Of a stretch of DNA of 54,285 bases, positions 16,840 through 26,130 are shown one piece after another. The DNA is taken from the NCBI GenBank assembly GCA_964196055.1, contig CAXMSF010000090.1:1-54285 (forward strand), given 5' to 3'. Source of the stretch: an uncultured Gammaproteobacteria bacterium. Lineage in GTDB: Bacteria; Myxococcota_A; UBA9160; SMWR01. The notes below the pieces were generated by a model. It had not been told where the DNA came from, ran no database searches, and saw nothing but the letters and a program-made list of their open reading frames with translations. The translations under genes and the position numbers were made by a program. Within the stretch, counting starts at the first letter, position 1. Each line of letters begins with the position of its first letter.

Positions 16840-18444
16840 TCAGTCGTCGGCGATCCCGAGCGCCTCACGTGCATAGCTGCTGGCGCCACGATAGTCGGCC
16901 TTGCCGTTGGGTGCCCGCAGCATGCGGTCGATCGCCAGCACTCGCTTGGGCGCCTTGAACCCGGCAAGTTTCCGGCGCACATGTTCCCGTAACTGCGCCT
17001 CGTCGAGTACTGCGCCCGGTGTGAGTTCGACCACTGCGGTGACCGCCGTGCCCCAACGCTCGTCGGGAACGCCCACCACCAGCGCATCCTCGACGTCTGC
17101 ATGGAGCTTGAGCGCCTCCTCGACCTCTTCCGGGTAGACCTTCTCGCCCGCCGTGTTGATGCAGACGCTGCCGCGTCCGAGCAGTGTCAGCGTCCCGTCG
17201 GCCTCGACGGTGCACCAGTCGCCCGGAATCGAATAGCGGATCCCGTCGATGGTCGGAAATGTGCTCGCGGTCTTCTCGGGGTCCTTGTAGTAACCGAGTG
17301 GGATCGGTCCGGGACGCGCGATGAAGCCGCGTTCCCCGCTGCCGGGAACCACCTCACGGTGATCTTCGGTAAAGACCTTGCAGTCTTCGCCGATCGCGAA
17401 TCGTGCGGTCTTCGTGCCCCCCTCCGCGCTCGTTACGTTCGAACCGAATCCGATCGCTTCGCTCGAGCCGAACATGTCCGCGAGTCGAATTTTCGGTAGG
17501 CGAGCCAGTAGCGCCTGTTTCACGTCGGCGCTCCACATCACCCCAGACGACAGCACGACTTTGAGCGACATCGGGTCCCAGCGGCCCGGATTCTCGTCGA
17601 GCGCCTTCAACATCGGCCGCGCGAAGGCGTCGCCGACGATTACCGCGGAATTCGCCCGATTCTCGCAGACAGCCGTCCAGAGCTCTTCCGCGTCGAAGTT
17701 CGGGCGCGCGAGCGTGATGATGCAGCCGCCCGACGCGAGGGTGTTGATGGCGGTCAACAATCCCGTTCCGTGCATCAGCGGACACGCGACCAGTTGTCGC
17801 ATGATCGGGCCGCCCGCGACGACGTTGCGGACGTGCTCGTCGATCGAAGCCGGCACTGTGCCGCGATTTGCAGGCGCGTTGCGCCCCGCGCCGAGCGCGC
17901 CCCACAGGTCCTCGGCACGCCACATCACGCCCTTTGGCATGCCGGTCGTGCCGCCCGTGTAGATCAAGAGAAGATCATCCGGTGATCGTCGGATCGCGAG
18001 CGGTCGCCCAGCCCCCGATTCCGCGACTTCGTCGTAGGCTTCGGCCCAGTCCGGTGGCGTCCCACCCACCTGCCACCAGCGCCGCACACCCGGCAGGCGG
18101 TGGCGCAGCACTTCGACCCGTTCCGCGAACTCAGCACTGAAGACGATCACCGCCGCATCGGAGTTTTCGAAGATGTACAGCAGCTCGTCGTCGAGATAGC
18201 GGTAGTTGACGTTCACGTGCACCGCGCGGGCCTTGAAGCACGCGACCAACGCCTCCATGTAGGCCAGCCCATTGCGGAGATAGAACGCAACCTTCTCGTC
18301 CGAGCGCAGACCGGACGCGACATTGTTGCTTCGCCGGGCGAGATCTCCCCAGGTCCGGCGTTCTTTGCCGTGCACGAGCGCAGTCGCCTCTGCAGGAAAG
18401 CCCGCGTCGATGCCGTCGAAAACGTCGCCGAAATTCCAACTCAT
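16840..18444 (-). CDS. Acyl-CoA synthetase (AMP-binding, FadD19-like)
   Basis: YTGGTTGMPKG, FGSSE, GYYKDPEKT and GEKVYPEEVE. Confidence 0.93.
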   Translation of the reverse strand: MSWNFGDVFDGIDAGFPAEATALVHGKERRTWGDLARRSNNVASGLRSDEKVAFYLRNGLAYMEALVACFKARAVHVNVNYRYLDDELLYIFENSDAAVIVFSAEFAERVEVLRHRLPGVRRWWQVGGTPPDWAEAYDEVAESGAGRPLAIRRSPDDLLLIYTGGTTGMPKGVMWRAEDLWGALGAGRNAPANRGTVPASIDEHVRNVVAGGPIMRQLVACPLMHGTGLLTAINTLASGGCIITLARPNFDAEELWTAVCENRANSAVIVGDAFARPMLKALDENPGRWDPMSLKVVLSSGVMWSADVKQALLARLPKIRLADMFGSSEAIGFGSNVTSAEGGTKTARFAIGEDCKVFTEDHREVVPGSGERGFIARPGPIPLGYYKDPEKTASTFPTIDGIRYSIPGDWCTVEADGTLTLLGRGSVCINTAGEKVYPEEVEEALKLHADVEDALVVGVPDERWGTAVTAVVELTPGAVLDEAQLREHVRRKLAGFKAPKRVLAIDRMLRAPNGKADYRGASSYAREALGIADD

Positions 18445-18572
18445 GTCAGCTCGCGACTCTACACGACAGACACCCGCTGGTCTCGGCGAATCTTGCTTCG
18501 AACAACAACAGCAATTCGTGCGACTACCATCCCGTTTCCGCGAACGTTGCTGCCGACGCGCGTCAACCCGAT

Positions 18573-20279
18573 TCAGCCCAGCGGCCCCTGATACACCTCG
18601 ACGAAGCGCATCAGTGCGTCCGGTGGCGTTGCGAGATTCGCCTGCTTGTCGGTCCGCACGCAGACGACGCTGGGGCCGTCGTGCTGCTTCGCTCCTTCGA
18701 GCGCGGGTGCGAGTTCTTCGAGCCGCTCAACGTAGCTGCCCCGACAACCGAGGCCTTCGGCAACGATGTCCCAGCGCACCTCGCCGGTCTCGGTTCCGAA
18801 GGTCCGACCGTAACGAAGCAGCTCGTTCGGCTCCTCCATCGACCAGGCTCCCTCGGCGAATACCACCACGCTGACGTTCAGTCCCTCGCGTGCTGCGGTC
18901 TGCATCTCCATGAAGTTGAAGCCCGCGGCCCCGTCGCCCGTAACGCACACGACCGTCCGCTCCGGGTTGGCGAGCTTCGCACCCAGCGCCGAGGGAATGC
19001 CGGTTCCGAGCATTCCGAGCTCGAGGATGTTGAGATACGAGCGAGGCTCGGTGGGAGGGAGATACCAGTGCGCCCAGAGTGAAGTATTTCCACCGTCCGT
19101 GGCATAGATGGTTTCGCGGCCGAAGACCTCTGCGACCTCGCGCATGGCGTGGGCCGGATGGATCCCGTCGCCCGACCAGGCTTCGACCGCGGCCCCCGCT
19201 TCGACCGACCAGGCCTGGTCGGTGGCGCGGCAACGTTCGAGATGTGCGCTCCCGCGAGCGTGGTGATCGCGCTTTTCGAGCTTCTCGAGCAGACCCGCTA
19301 GGGCCTGGCCGGCGTCGGACACGATTCCCAGCTCGATCGGCCGCGTCACAGCGATGTTTCGATCGTCGCAGTCGATCTGGATGATCCGCTGCACTTCCGG
19401 ATCGCCCCAGTACTTGTCGTAGGGCAGATCGAGATTGCCGAGGCGCGAGCCCGCCACCAGGACCACGTCGGCCTCCCGCCGCGCCAGGTCGCCCCCGGCC
19501 GCGAAACCGTAGACGTAGTGAGGGTGATCGTTCGGGACCACCGCTCGCCCCGACATGCTCGCGATGACCGGGCAGCCCAGGCGCTCCACCAGCTTCAACA
19601 AGATTTCGGCAGCACCGGCGCGATCCACGCCCGAGCCGGCCAGCACGAGTGGCCTTTCCGCCGCCGCGAGCAGATCGGCGGCCTGCGCGAGCTGAGCGTC
19701 CGAGGCCTGCGGCCGCCCGGGTCGATAGCGTTCCGGTGCCATGACCTGCGCGAGGCTCTCGTCCCGCTCGTCATAGAGGACGGGGCCCGGCACCTCGAGT
19801 TGCACCGGCCCGGGTCGCCCCGACCACATCTCGCGAAAGGCCAGGCGGGTCACCTCGCCGATGCGATCCCACGAAAAAATCGGCCCGCCCCACTTCACGC
19901 TCGCCGCAAACGCATCGAGCTGGTCCTGCCCCTGGAAGGTCGACGGGGGGCAGGGATAGACCAGGCCGAGCCGGTGCTGGGCCGTGACGGCGATCAACGG
20001 CACTCCCTCGTGCCGCGCGGTGATGATGCCCGGCAACAGGTTGGCGCTACCCGGGCCCGGGTTTCCGAGCACCGCCGCCACACCGCCCGTCGTCTTGTAG
20101 AGACCTTCCGCCATGTGGGCCGCCGCAGCCTCGTGACGGATCGGAACGAAGCGAATCCCGTTCGGCTCGAGCGCCGCAAGCAGCGGGTCGAGTTCGGGAC
20201 ACGGCAGCCCAAACGCGAAGGCGACACCCTCTGCGGCTAGACAACGCGCGAGAAATTCACCACCGCTGATCGTGGCCAT
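18573..20279 (-). CDS. Thiamine diphosphate-dependent enzyme (acetolactate synthase/lyase-like)
   Basis: RHEAAAAHMA, GPG, FQ, GRPGPV and TGDGAAGF. Confidence 0.9.
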   Translation of the reverse strand: MATISGGEFLARCLAAEGVAFAFGLPCPELDPLLAALEPNGIRFVPIRHEAAAAHMAEGLYKTTGGVAAVLGNPGPGSANLLPGIITARHEGVPLIAVTAQHRLGLVYPCPPSTFQGQDQLDAFAASVKWGGPIFSWDRIGEVTRLAFREMWSGRPGPVQLEVPGPVLYDERDESLAQVMAPERYRPGRPQASDAQLAQAADLLAAAERPLVLAGSGVDRAGAAEILLKLVERLGCPVIASMSGRAVVPNDHPHYVYGFAAGGDLARREADVVLVAGSRLGNLDLPYDKYWGDPEVQRIIQIDCDDRNIAVTRPIELGIVSDAGQALAGLLEKLEKRDHHARGSAHLERCRATDQAWSVEAGAAVEAWSGDGIHPAHAMREVAEVFGRETIYATDGGNTSLWAHWYLPPTEPRSYLNILELGMLGTGIPSALGAKLANPERTVVCVTGDGAAGFNFMEMQTAAREGLNVSVVVFAEGAWSMEEPNELLRYGRTFGTETGEVRWDIVAEGLGCRGSYVERLEELAPALEGAKQHDGPSVVCVRTDKQANLATPPDALMRFVEVYQGPLG

Positions 20280-20339
20280 GTCGAATTTCCTTTCGCTCGA
20301 TGAGGTTCACGCACGGAGCCGCCCGCAACGTGCCGCGAG

Positions 20340-21302
20340 TCAGGAGTTCACCTCGTCCCACGGCCCGCGCCACTTCGCCGCGGTCGCGAACACGCCCCAC
20401 GAACCGCAGCGATCGCAATCGACATCATTCCCGTAGCAGCAGAACGGGGTCGTGAAGTGATCCCCTTCGATGTAGAGCGGCAGCATGGTCTGCTGCATCG
20501 GACAGTGGTCGGTAACCACCTTGCAGACCGGCGGACGCAGCAGCTCGAGGCTGCGCGCCGAATTCCAGATGAAGTCCGGATGGCGTCGCTTCAATTCCAC
20601 GACGAGATCGACCGCCTCTTCACGAGCCTCGTTGTTCGGCCAGGCCTGGGGTGAATCTTCTCCCGCACTTGGCACGTAGAAGCTGAACGTCAACCCCTGG
20701 ACCTTCGTCGTCAGCAGCCGCTCGGCGAGCTCTCCGAGATGGTTCTGGTTCTCACGGTGTACGACGCACTGGACCATCACAGTCGGCCGAAAGCCATCCG
20801 GGATCGCGGCTACCGTCGCCATCACGCGGTCGAAGACGCCCTCGCCTCGCACCGGGTCGTTGACGTGGCGCGGCCCATCGAGTGAGATCACGTAGGTGAG
20901 GTTCGGGCCGAAATCCTTGAGCGGTACCGTGCCGTTCGTCGTGATGGTGTTCCTCTGGAACAGCTCGATCCCCTGCTCGAGCACGCGCCAGCGGAGCATC
21001 GGCTCCCCACCCATCCAGAGCATCGAAACGATGCCGTGGCGGTCCCGTAAGCGGCGGAGTTCGCCGAGGATCTGCTCCGGCTTCATTTCGCCTTCCGGGT
21101 CGTTCGGATTCCCGTCACGAAACACGAAACAATGGCGGCAACGCAGATTGCAATGGTTCGTCACGTTCACCATCGCACCGAGGTACTGAGGCGGAGGTTC
21201 CATGACGAGCCTCGCGGTACCGTGGGCACCGGGCTGCCCCTCCACAGGGCCCGATTGATGGGCCGGAGTCGTCGAGGTCAGGAACGTCGGGGCACTCATC
21301 AT
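20340..21302 (-). CDS. Radical SAM protein (start uncertain, 21302 or 21203)
   Basis: CNLRCRHC, GGEP, TNG and SLDG; C-terminal CCYGNDVDCDRC. Confidence 0.88.
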   Translation of the reverse strand: MMSAPTFLTSTTPAHQSGPVEGQPGAHGTARLVMEPPPQYLGAMVNVTNHCNLRCRHCFVFRDGNPNDPEGEMKPEQILGELRRLRDRHGIVSMLWMGGEPMLRWRVLEQGIELFQRNTITTNGTVPLKDFGPNLTYVISLDGPRHVNDPVRGEGVFDRVMATVAAIPDGFRPTVMVQCVVHRENQNHLGELAERLLTTKVQGLTFSFYVPSAGEDSPQAWPNNEAREEAVDLVVELKRRHPDFIWNSARSLELLRPPVCKVVTDHCPMQQTMLPLYIEGDHFTTPFCCYGNDVDCDRCGSWGVFATAAKWRGPWDEVNS

Positions 21303-21448
21303 TGACTTCCGAGCTGCTGGCGGCGCCACGAAATGTAAACCAATCCCGACGAATCGGCCCACAACCCGCCGGGGCAAATCGCCACGACTCCCGGTTGGCT
21401 CCGGCGAGCTGCGCTGCCTGCGGACACGCACTATCGTTCGAGTCGACG

Positions 21449-21604
21449 ATGACCGACCCCGCAGACGACTCCGATCAGCCCGCCCCCGATGTGAATGGCG
21501 CGAACAGCGAGCAGGTGGAGCCCGCGCCCTTTTGGCGGAGCCCCGCCTTCGCGGTCGTCGCCGCACTGATCGCACTGATCGGCATGGTCTGGCGCTGCGC
21601 CTGA
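21449..21604 (+). CDS. Small single-pass membrane protein (hypothetical)
   Basis: 51 aa; acidic N-terminus, PFWRSP, then a hydrophobic helix; fills the intergenic gap. Confidence 0.5.
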   Translation: MTDPADDSDQPAPDVNGANSEQVEPAPFWRSPAFAVVAALIALIGMVWRCA

Positions 21605-21667
21605 TTGCCACCGAGTCGACCGTATTCGCGCCGGCAGGTGCTCGCAGCAGGTGCCTCGCTCGAGCAG

Positions 21668-22510
21668 CTACTTGATCTCTGTCGGCAGCATCGGCGGCGG
21701 CGGCTCGCCTGCAATGATGGCCTGGCAGCGCTTCGCGACCAGAGGCTCCATATCGGGATGAGTTCGGATCCAGAATCGGCCGTTGACGACCGCGTCGTGC
21801 ACCTGCTCCGCAACGTCGGCCGGATCGATACCGCCTGCAATGAAGCCCTCCACCAGCTCTCGCATAACGGACAGTTCTTCACCCACATCGGCGGCTTCGC
21901 CACCGGGACGGTTGCGATCGCTCTCGTGGATGCGGGTCCTGACCCAGCCGGGACACAACACCGACACCCCGATCGACGCGCCGCTCAAAACGAGATCGTT
22001 TCGGAGCGTGTCCGAGAGCGCAACCACAGCGTGTTTCGTGACGGTGTAGGGGGACATGAAGGCGGGACAGGTGAGGCCAGCGATCGAGGCCGTATTCACG
22101 ACATGGCCCGGTTCCCCGGATGCAATCATCTTCGGAACGAAGGCGCGGATGCCGTGAACCACCGCGACCAGGTTCACGCCGATCACCCAGTCCCAATCCT
22201 GCTCCGAGATCTCCCAAACCGGCCCGCCGGAAGCGACGCCCGCGTTGTTGCACAGCACATGGGCGCCGCCGAAGCGCGAGAAGCAACGTTCTGCGAGGGC
22301 CTCGAGTGCGGCGCTGTCACGAACATCGAGCCGCGTCGCCTCGACCTCGCAACCCTGATCCCGCAGTGCACCCGCCACCGCCGCGAGCGGCTCCGCCTCG
22401 ATGTCGGCCAGCGCGAGCTTCATTCCCGCCGTGGCAAAACGCTCTGCCATCGCCCGTCCGATGCCGCTGCCCGCCCCGGTAACCACCGCAACTCGACCCT
22501 TCAGATCCAC
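21668..22510 (-). CDS. SDR family oxidoreductase
   Basis: TGAGSGIG, NNAG, NTAS and YTVTK. Confidence 0.94.
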   Translation of the reverse strand: MDLKGRVAVVTGAGSGIGRAMAERFATAGMKLALADIEAEPLAAVAGALRDQGCEVEATRLDVRDSAALEALAERCFSRFGGAHVLCNNAGVASGGPVWEISEQDWDWVIGVNLVAVVHGIRAFVPKMIASGEPGHVVNTASIAGLTCPAFMSPYTVTKHAVVALSDTLRNDLVLSGASIGVSVLCPGWVRTRIHESDRNRPGGEAADVGEELSVMRELVEGFIAGGIDPADVAEQVHDAVVNGRFWIRTHPDMEPLVAKRCQAIIAGEPPPPMLPTEIK

Positions 22511-22640
22511 CGCGGAAACCTCCTGCCTGCGTTCAGAGCTTGCGAACGTACCACGCCGGTGGCCAAGATCGCCCTCGCCGAATCGCGCGACGCGGGAGCT
22601 GGCCTCCCGAATTCAGGCCGATCCCACCCGGGGTTCGAGG

Positions 22641-23522
22641 CTACGGACGAAGCGTCGCGGTGACCTGGCGATCGTCCCAGTAGATGTCCATCGGCTGGGA
22701 GAGGTCCATGTGCCCCGGGAGTACCACGAAACCCAGCACGCCTTCGCCGGGCCCGAGTTCTCCGAGATGACCGTCGATGACGCCGAGCTGCGTGCCCACC
22801 CCCGTCTCGGGGTGAAACGCCACGTGCCCCTGCACGAAGGTGAGATTGGCGTAGAACGACTCGGGCTTTTCGCACCTCGCACTGAACAGCACGACCGGCC
22901 CCGCAATCGGAGTTCCCGCGCGCTGTGCGGCGTCGCGAAGTCGCGCCTCGAAACTATTCGATTGTGCGATCCGAAGCACCATTGCCTCGGCCCCCTCTCC
23001 ACCTCGCACCAGCATCGCGGGTGCTCGCTGCTGCGAGTACTCGACGATCAAGCCGAGGTCTCGCACTTCGTCGGGAGCGAGGGCGAGGTCCGGCGGGCCC
23101 GGAGGCAGAGCCGGTGGTGGAGCCGAAACCGGGGGCAGCGGTTCAGGCGAGTAGGCGAAGCCGACCTGCGGAGTCGGCGCGGGTTCGGGCGCGCCGGTCT
23201 TGACGCGCGCCTCGCGCATCGCTTCGGGGCGATCGACATCTCGCACCGCACGACCGGTTTCGATGACGTTGTAGGCGTTGTTCGGATCCTTGCTGCGATT
23301 GAAGACTTCCCATCCGTAGGGGCGCGGGAGATTCTGCGGCCGGATCGGCGGCATGTCGGAAGGCTCGACCCGCTTCGAATTCCGACACGGAATCAACTCG
23401 GCGCGCGGCACGATGTACATGCTTCCATCCGGGCAAACGCCCGTGATCGACGCGTTCGCAGCTGACCCGCCGATCGCCAGCGCTAGCAGGGCGACACAAA
23501 ACCTGGTTGAGATCCTCTTCAC
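22641..23522 (-). CDS. Hypothetical secreted protein
   Basis: Signal peptide (AANA), ITGVCPDGS...C and a Pro-rich linker; no family recognised. Confidence 0.7.
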   Translation of the reverse strand: MKRISTRFCVALLALAIGGSAANASITGVCPDGSMYIVPRAELIPCRNSKRVEPSDMPPIRPQNLPRPYGWEVFNRSKDPNNAYNVIETGRAVRDVDRPEAMREARVKTGAPEPAPTPQVGFAYSPEPLPPVSAPPPALPPGPPDLALAPDEVRDLGLIVEYSQQRAPAMLVRGGEGAEAMVLRIAQSNSFEARLRDAAQRAGTPIAGPVVLFSARCEKPESFYANLTFVQGHVAFHPETGVGTQLGVIDGHLGELGPGEGVLGFVVLPGHMDLSQPMDIYWDDRQVTATLRP

Positions 23523-23661
23523 GTCTTCCGTGACCTCGCCTGGAGCGCGCCGAAAGAGGCGCCCCCCAGTCGCAGTCTAGACGGAAACCCGCTTATAAAT
23601 CAACAAGATACGGAATATTCGAACTCTACTGCGGCGGTCGCCGCGGCAGATTTTCCATGTG

Positions 23662-23679
23662 TGTTCAAGTGCTTGAACA
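23662..23679. promoter_or_regulatory. Palindromic operator-like site
   Basis: tgttcaag-tg-cttgaaca, a perfect 8-bp inverted repeat in an AT-rich intergenic region. Confidence 0.4.
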
Positions 23680-23727
23680 AGCAACTGCGGCCCTATTGCC
23701 GACCCATGAGCGCAGCTGTTCTCGTCA

Positions 23728-24450
23728 TCATCGACGCGCAACGGGATTCACCTCCGCGGCGTGGGCGGCGAGCGCGAAGATTTCGTCTTCGTCGAGTGGC
23801 CGCGCCTCGCCCGCAGCCAGCACGCCGAGCTGCAGCGGCCCCATCCGCACGCGCAGCAAGCCGATGACCGGATGACCAAGAAAGGCGAGAGCGCGCCGGA
23901 TCTGCCGCTTCTTGCCTTCGACCAGAATCAACCGAAACACACTCGTGTCGTCTTCCACGTCATAGCCCACCTGCGCGACACTCGCGGGTGCGGTGAGACC
24001 GTCTTCGAGTTTGACACCGGCCGCGAGACGTCGCAGCGTCTCTCTCGAGATCCGGCCCCGCACCACGACCTCGTACTCGCGCTCACTCTCGAACGATGGG
24101 TGCAAGAGCACGTGGGCGAGTTCACCGTCATTCGTGAGTAGTACGAGTCCTTCCGTATCGAGGTCGAGACGTCCGACCGGGAACAAACGAAGCGATTGCT
24201 CCGGCAACAGATCGAGGACGGTACGGCGGCCGTGCGTATCGCGAACGGTGGTCAGCACGCCACGAGGCTTGTGAACCATCCAGTAAGCCCGGGGTTCCGC
24301 GTCCAACGATCGACCGTCTACACTGACGGAGTCGCGCTCCGGGTCGACCGAGTCACCGACAGCGGCGGTCTCGCCGTTCACGCACACGCGGCCCGCACGC
24401 AGCAGCTCCTCCGCACCTCGCCGCGAAGCGATTCCGGCCGCTGCAATCAC
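23728..24450 (-). CDS. rluB: 23S rRNA pseudouridine synthase RluB-like (true start probably upstream)
   Basis: S4 domain AGIASRR, HKPRG, VGRLD and EGKKRQIRR; follows scpAB. Confidence 0.9.
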   Translation of the reverse strand: MIAAAGIASRRGAEELLRAGRVCVNGETAAVGDSVDPERDSVSVDGRSLDAEPRAYWMVHKPRGVLTTVRDTHGRRTVLDLLPEQSLRLFPVGRLDLDTEGLVLLTNDGELAHVLLHPSFESEREYEVVVRGRISRETLRRLAAGVKLEDGLTAPASVAQVGYDVEDDTSVFRLILVEGKKRQIRRALAFLGHPVIGLLRVRMGPLQLGVLAAGEARPLDEDEIFALAAHAAEVNPVARR

Positions 24451-24500
24451 TTTCTGGAGACGAACACGGTGCTCGCGCGCTCCCGGTCTCCCGGCGTCGC

Positions 24501-25187
24501 TCAGTGGGGCTTCCCGACCGGTTCCACTTCGTCGAATACCGCTGCGGCGGCTTCGACGGCCGGCGCGAACGCGGGCGTCACGGAAGCCGCTGATTCCGGC
24601 GAATCCGTGTCGGGATTCGCTTCGGTGGCCCCGCCCTCCTCCGCGAATTCAACCCGCGGGGTGAGTTCTTCGAGCTGACGTAGCGACGGCAGATCTTCGA
24701 GGGATTCCAGGCTGAAGACCTCTAGAAAACGCCGTGTGGTGCCGTAGAGCATCGGCCGCCCGGGAACCTCTTTGTGCCCCGCGAGTTTGACCAGCTTGCG
24801 TTCGAGCAGACTGCGCAAAACGGCGCCGGCGTCGACACCGCGCACATCCTCTACGTCGCCGCGTGTGACGGGTTGCTTGTAGGCAACGATGGCGAGCGTC
24901 TCGAGCGCGGCCTTGGAAAGCCGGAGCGGCCGCTGAGGTTGGATCTGCTGCAGCTGATTCGCAAACTCCGGCAGCGTGCGCACCTGGTAGCCGCCCGCGA
25001 CCTCGACGATTTCGAACGCTCGGCCCTGCGCGATGTACTCGGTGTTCAGTTCATCCACGAGTTTCTTGATCTTGGCAGGCTTCGCGTACGGAACCACTGC
25101 CGCAACGCGCTGTGCGGAGAGCGGTTCCGGCGTCCCAAGAATCACCGCTTCGACGATGCGCCGCTTTTCTGAATCATCCATGCCCAT
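24501..25187 (-). CDS. scpB: SMC-Scp complex subunit ScpB
   Basis: VAGGYQ, LSKAALETLAIVAYKQPVTR and GRPMLYGTT. Confidence 0.95.
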   Translation of the reverse strand: MGMDDSEKRRIVEAVILGTPEPLSAQRVAAVVPYAKPAKIKKLVDELNTEYIAQGRAFEIVEVAGGYQVRTLPEFANQLQQIQPQRPLRLSKAALETLAIVAYKQPVTRGDVEDVRGVDAGAVLRSLLERKLVKLAGHKEVPGRPMLYGTTRRFLEVFSLESLEDLPSLRQLEELTPRVEFAEEGGATEANPDTDSPESAASVTPAFAPAVEAAAAVFDEVEPVGKPH

Positions 25188-25190
25188 TCC

Positions 25191-26039
25191 TCACATCACA
25201 TCCGAGATCAATTCGCGCCAGTCGCTCTCCCCGGGCTGCTGGGTGCGCCGCAGATGGATCGGGCCTTTCGGAACCGAATTTTCATTCAGGCTCTGAAAGA
25301 TACGCAACGCGGCAAGGCGCGTGAGCTCGAGGATCGCGAGAAAGGTCGTCACCAGCATCGCGCGGGTTGGGGGAGCGTTGTCGGCCCGCTCGAAGACCTG
25401 CTCGAACTCGAGCGCGTCCACGTGATCGAGGGTCTCCATCACCGCGATCATACGCTCGTGAACCGTGATGTGTTCGGCTTCGACTTCATGGATCTTCGGC
25501 GTCGATTTGGCGGCCTCGAATGCGGTCTTGAAGGCCTTCACGAGTTCGAACAAGCCGACTTCGATCTCGCGCTCCCCATCCGGGATGTCACCCACATGGG
25601 GTGTGTGGGCATCATAGACGTCGCGCCCGAGCAACTGGCGATCGCCGAGCTTCTCCGACGCTTCCTTGAAACGCTGGTACTCGAGCAGCCGAGCGACCAA
25701 TTCGGCGCGCGGGTCGATCTCTTCGCCATCGTCCCCGCTCGTCTCCGGCGGCAACAACATTCGCGACTTGATCCACGCGAGAGTCGCAGCCATCACGAGA
25801 TAGTCGCCGACGACATCGAGGTTCAATTCGCGCATCACTTCGAGATACGAGAGATACTGCGCGCTGATCGCCGCCACCGGAATATCGGTGATCTCGACCT
25901 CGTTCTGCCGGATCAGGTGCAGCAGTAGATCGAGCGGGCCTTCGAATACCGACAGCTTGACCGCGTACGGCGCACCGAAGGCCATCGTCGCCGAGTCGAG
26001 CGGTAGGCCCGGATCGCCCGGAGGCATCGCAACTGTCAT
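25191..26039 (-). CDS. scpA: Segregation and condensation protein ScpA
   Basis: FEGPLDLLLHLI, IKSRMLLP and FLAILEL; ATG at 26039 follows GGGGAG. Confidence 0.95.
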   Translation of the reverse strand: MTVAMPPGDPGLPLDSATMAFGAPYAVKLSVFEGPLDLLLHLIRQNEVEITDIPVAAISAQYLSYLEVMRELNLDVVGDYLVMAATLAWIKSRMLLPPETSGDDGEEIDPRAELVARLLEYQRFKEASEKLGDRQLLGRDVYDAHTPHVGDIPDGEREIEVGLFELVKAFKTAFEAAKSTPKIHEVEAEHITVHERMIAVMETLDHVDALEFEQVFERADNAPPTRAMLVTTFLAILELTRLAALRIFQSLNENSVPKGPIHLRRTQQPGESDWRELISDVM

Positions 26040-26095
26040 CGCAGCTCCCCGCGAAGAGGATGGTATCGACATCTTACAGGGAGGGAGGTGGAGCC

Positions 26096-26123
26096 ATTAT
26101 AGGGCTCCCGGGTCTACTGGCAA
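26096..26123 (-). promoter_or_regulatory. Sigma70-type promoter for scpA-scpB-rluB
   Basis: TTGCCA-N16-TATAAT on the minus strand. Confidence 0.6.
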
Positions 26124-26130
26124 GCCGGGC

